A stretch of DNA of 64,000 nucleotides, taken from NCBI GenBank assembly GCA_010356995.1, contig ML996688.1, positions 868,001 through 932,000 on the forward strand. The letters run 5' to 3'. Of the stretch, positions 61,355-64,000 are shown one piece after another; the first letter of the stretch is position 1; each line of letters opens with the position of its first letter. Position numbers and translations under genes: made by a program. Origin of the DNA: Trichodelitschia bisporula (Eukaryota). The notes below the pieces were generated by a model. The model searched no databases. It was given only the letters and a program-made list of their open reading frames with translations, and was not told the DNA's origin.

Positions 61355-63456
61355 TTAGACAGGCTCAGATGATTGCAAGCCCAAGCAAGTCCGGGGGCGT
61401 TTTGGGCTTATCAGCTTGTTCCTCAGGGTGACGTCGGTCGGATATTCACCGCTCTTATCGACCGCAGCAAGTTCCTCCTCCGAGGCAGATATCCGCTTGC
61501 GAGAGATAGAGGACATTGCTGCAGGATCTATCGCTGACGATATACTTAGAGAAGACACTCCGTCAAACTCCTCCTCGATTATTGGGAGTGGCATGCGGTG
61601 TGATTCAGCGGGAATGATGATTCCGGCAAAAGGCTTGTCATGATTGGTGTTCTTGAAGAAGGGAGAGTGGTCAACCCTCTCCGAAACTGGATCCGGCATA
61701 TAACCTCCCCGCTCTCGAATTCGGCTCAGGTCAAGTGCCTCGATGGGTCGGGATGCCCTAGGCAGTGGCTCCCAGTCCGCAATGGCGCGTTGATACACTG
61801 CATCAAACTCCTGGACATGATGTGGATTTGTAAACCATTCATGCGCCAAAGCCTGTTGTACATTCATGCGAAGGGATTCGTCCAGTACTAAGAGGCGTTC
61901 AACGAAGTCTTTGGGCCGTCTACTCACTCCTTTCCATGCCGTGCCATAGTCAATGTCAATGAAGTGGCGCTCCCCTACTTGGGCGTCTACGACGTGTCCG
62001 GGATGAAACTTGTTCAGATGAATGACGTCTCCAGTTAGCATCGCAGTCGTTACTGCCCCGATCGACCACATGTCCACAGCCTTGGAATACCCTTGGTCAG
62101 ATCCGGCGGCCTTATTTATGCCATGTATCTCGCTAGAGAAAGTTTAGCGATCAGCTTATTCTTGACATAAGGTTTGTCGACTTACGGCGCAGCGTAGCCG
62201 TGTGTTCCAACGAGAGAGAACATCCGATGGGACGCAGCATGACCCACGGTTCCTGCAGAGGCTCGGGAGTTGGCAAGATGCCGAGCATTGCCAAAGTCAG
62301 TGATAACAATCCGAGCACCATCCACAAGGGAAGTCATGAGAATGTTATCAGGCTTCAAGTCACGATGCACGATGTCATGTGCATGCAGATATTCCACGGC
62401 CTTGAGAATTTGTCGGACGAAGACTGCAGCTTGAGGGTCAGAAAGCCTCCCTCCCTTGGATTGGATGAAGGAAAAGAGATCACCACCTGTGATTAGCTCC
62501 TGGAATATGAAGATTGATTTTGGGCTCCAGAACACCTTCTCTAAGTGAATTATGTTCGGATGGCTGAGGTCCTGGAGTACCTCAAACTCCCGGAATGCGC
62601 GGTGAGTATGAACGGGGTCGGTCCGGAAATTTTGTGCGTTGTGAGCCTTGGAGACCAGGATCTGTGGGCTGTTGGCCGACTTAGATTGGAGTCCGCGGGA
62701 AGCTTCCAGTTCATTGCGAGGTAAGGCTATGTCGACAATTTTGCAAGCCAGCTGCCGATTCGTCTTGACATGGTAGGCAGCAAACACACTTCCTTGACCA
62801 CCGGCTCCAAGCTGCTGGTTAGTGATGACGTACCGGTCTCTGAAGAGCTGCTCAACAGTCAGCAGAGGTTGAAGTGACTGGAGTCTGGTTCACTTGTGCT
62901 TGCAGCTTATGGTCTGCGCTGAGTTGCGAGGACTTCTCTGAGCTGGCATACTGAAAACAGAGCATAAGGTATGGACTAATACGCAGCTCGTCGTTTTGCT
63001 CCAGAAGGACGCTTCCTTGCTTTCGACTGAGGCGCGTTTCAGCAACATTACCAGCTTTGCTGAGAAAGGTGCCATTGGTAGAGAGATCTTGGACGTAAAC
63101 CAATGGCGGTATGGTGCTCTCCGGATCCTCTTCGAACAGGATGCAGTGGACACGGAGATGCTTATTCGAAAGGGTACGGTCGGCAGCGTGGAATTTACTG
63201 AACACTTAAGCGATGTGACTAGCCACGCGATTAACAGGACTCTACCAGGCAGGGCTTCTGCCAATGAAGAAGTTGTCATTAGTGTAAATTGGGATGCGAT
63301 CTTCAGTAGCTTGTAGCACAAGTCAGCCTCGAGCACTGGGACTGAATTGAGCAACTCACTCTTGAATGGTTGTCCTGGTGTAGTGAACCGAATATCACTG
63401 CAGTAAACATCGAAAAATGCCACTGGTCTATTGCTGCTGCTTCCACACGCCATCAT
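61355..63456 (-). CDS. MEK1: FHA-domain Ser/Thr kinase, Mek1-like (CAMK/Rad53 group)
   Basis: FHA motifs FFIGRSPAC..LSNKHLRVHCI...QDLSTNGTF; kinase LGAGGQGSV, QLACKIVD, HRDLKPDNIL, TDFG, VGTHGYAAPE, VDMWSIG; four introns. Confidence 0.8.
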
Positions 63457-63852
63457 TGACCTGGTAATGGGCTCACGATATGCACGAGCTGTTTCGGTGT
63501 TTCGGGATGCTGCAACTGGAGTTATATTTGAACTGGTGATGACGCTGCCCAGAACCCAGCCTTTGGGCTCCACACAAACACGGAAAATCAAGTCTCCGGA
63601 GGCCCGAGCTCCACATCCTTGGCATCGCTTAGCGAGGGGCCTCCCCTCACCCACCTACAAAATGGGAGCTACACCTGCTCCTCTTCTCAACATCGCATCA
63701 CTTTCATTTTCGAAGACAAGATGTAAGTATCTTCCACTGCAACCCTTCCTTCTAGCAATTGTCATAGACAATTCTCTCTACCTTCTGCCGTTCACTATTC
63801 ATTATCTGAGCACCAACACTGACAACCTCGACAGCTCTCTGACTTTTCGAAA

Positions 63853-63980
63853 ATGAGAGCGAAGTGGCGCAAGAAGCGCGTTCGTCGGCTTAAGCGTAAG
63901 AGAAGAAAGACTCGCGCTCGCAGGTACGATCATCGCATGTGGAGCTCAAGTTCATTACTCATTCTTTGAACAGCAAGTAA
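63853..63980 (+). CDS. RPL41: 60S ribosomal protein L41 (eL41), absent from the ORF track
   Basis: Exons 63853-63923 and 63974-63980 give MRAKWRKKRVRRLKRKRRKTRARSK; upstream 5'UTR intron 63723-63834. Confidence 0.96.
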
Positions 63981-64000
63981 ACGTCTCCCTCCTTGACGCC

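Overview
Gene-dense DNA from a filamentous ascomycete. The short ~50-nt introns with CTRAY branch points and the gene set fit Pezizomycotina, possibly a Dothideomycete (inference). I modelled 33 protein genes by hand, including amidohydrolase, FAD monooxygenase, D-lactate dehydrogenase, PPIL1 cyclophilin, Cbp4, Fmp46, RPS30, Sur1/Csg1, the Snf1 beta subunit, Kae1, CENP-A, Der1, Avt1, eRF1, Pha2, Coq8, Nta1, RPL39, a DUF1996-WSC protein, two transcription factors, a Mek1-like kinase and RPL41. There is also one intron-containing tRNA-Thr(CGT). No transposon or CRISPR was recognised. The most interesting signals are RNA-level. (1) An otherwise intact FAD monooxygenase appears to need an AT-AC intron with U2-type signals. 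(2) eRF1 has a leaky UGA-CGG stop, a hairpin, a 53-codon extension and a 3'UTR intron, matching readthrough/NMD autoregulation. (3) A DUF1996-WSC intron has CGG where the AG acceptor is expected. (4) A spliced Cox26-like microprotein has a 62-codon open extension after UGA-CUC. (5) Two hairpin-containing introns lie in a 3-kb region with no recognisable gene. (6) Prephenate dehydratase ends in a tail-anchor-like segment. All calls come from reading the sequence; no searches were run.
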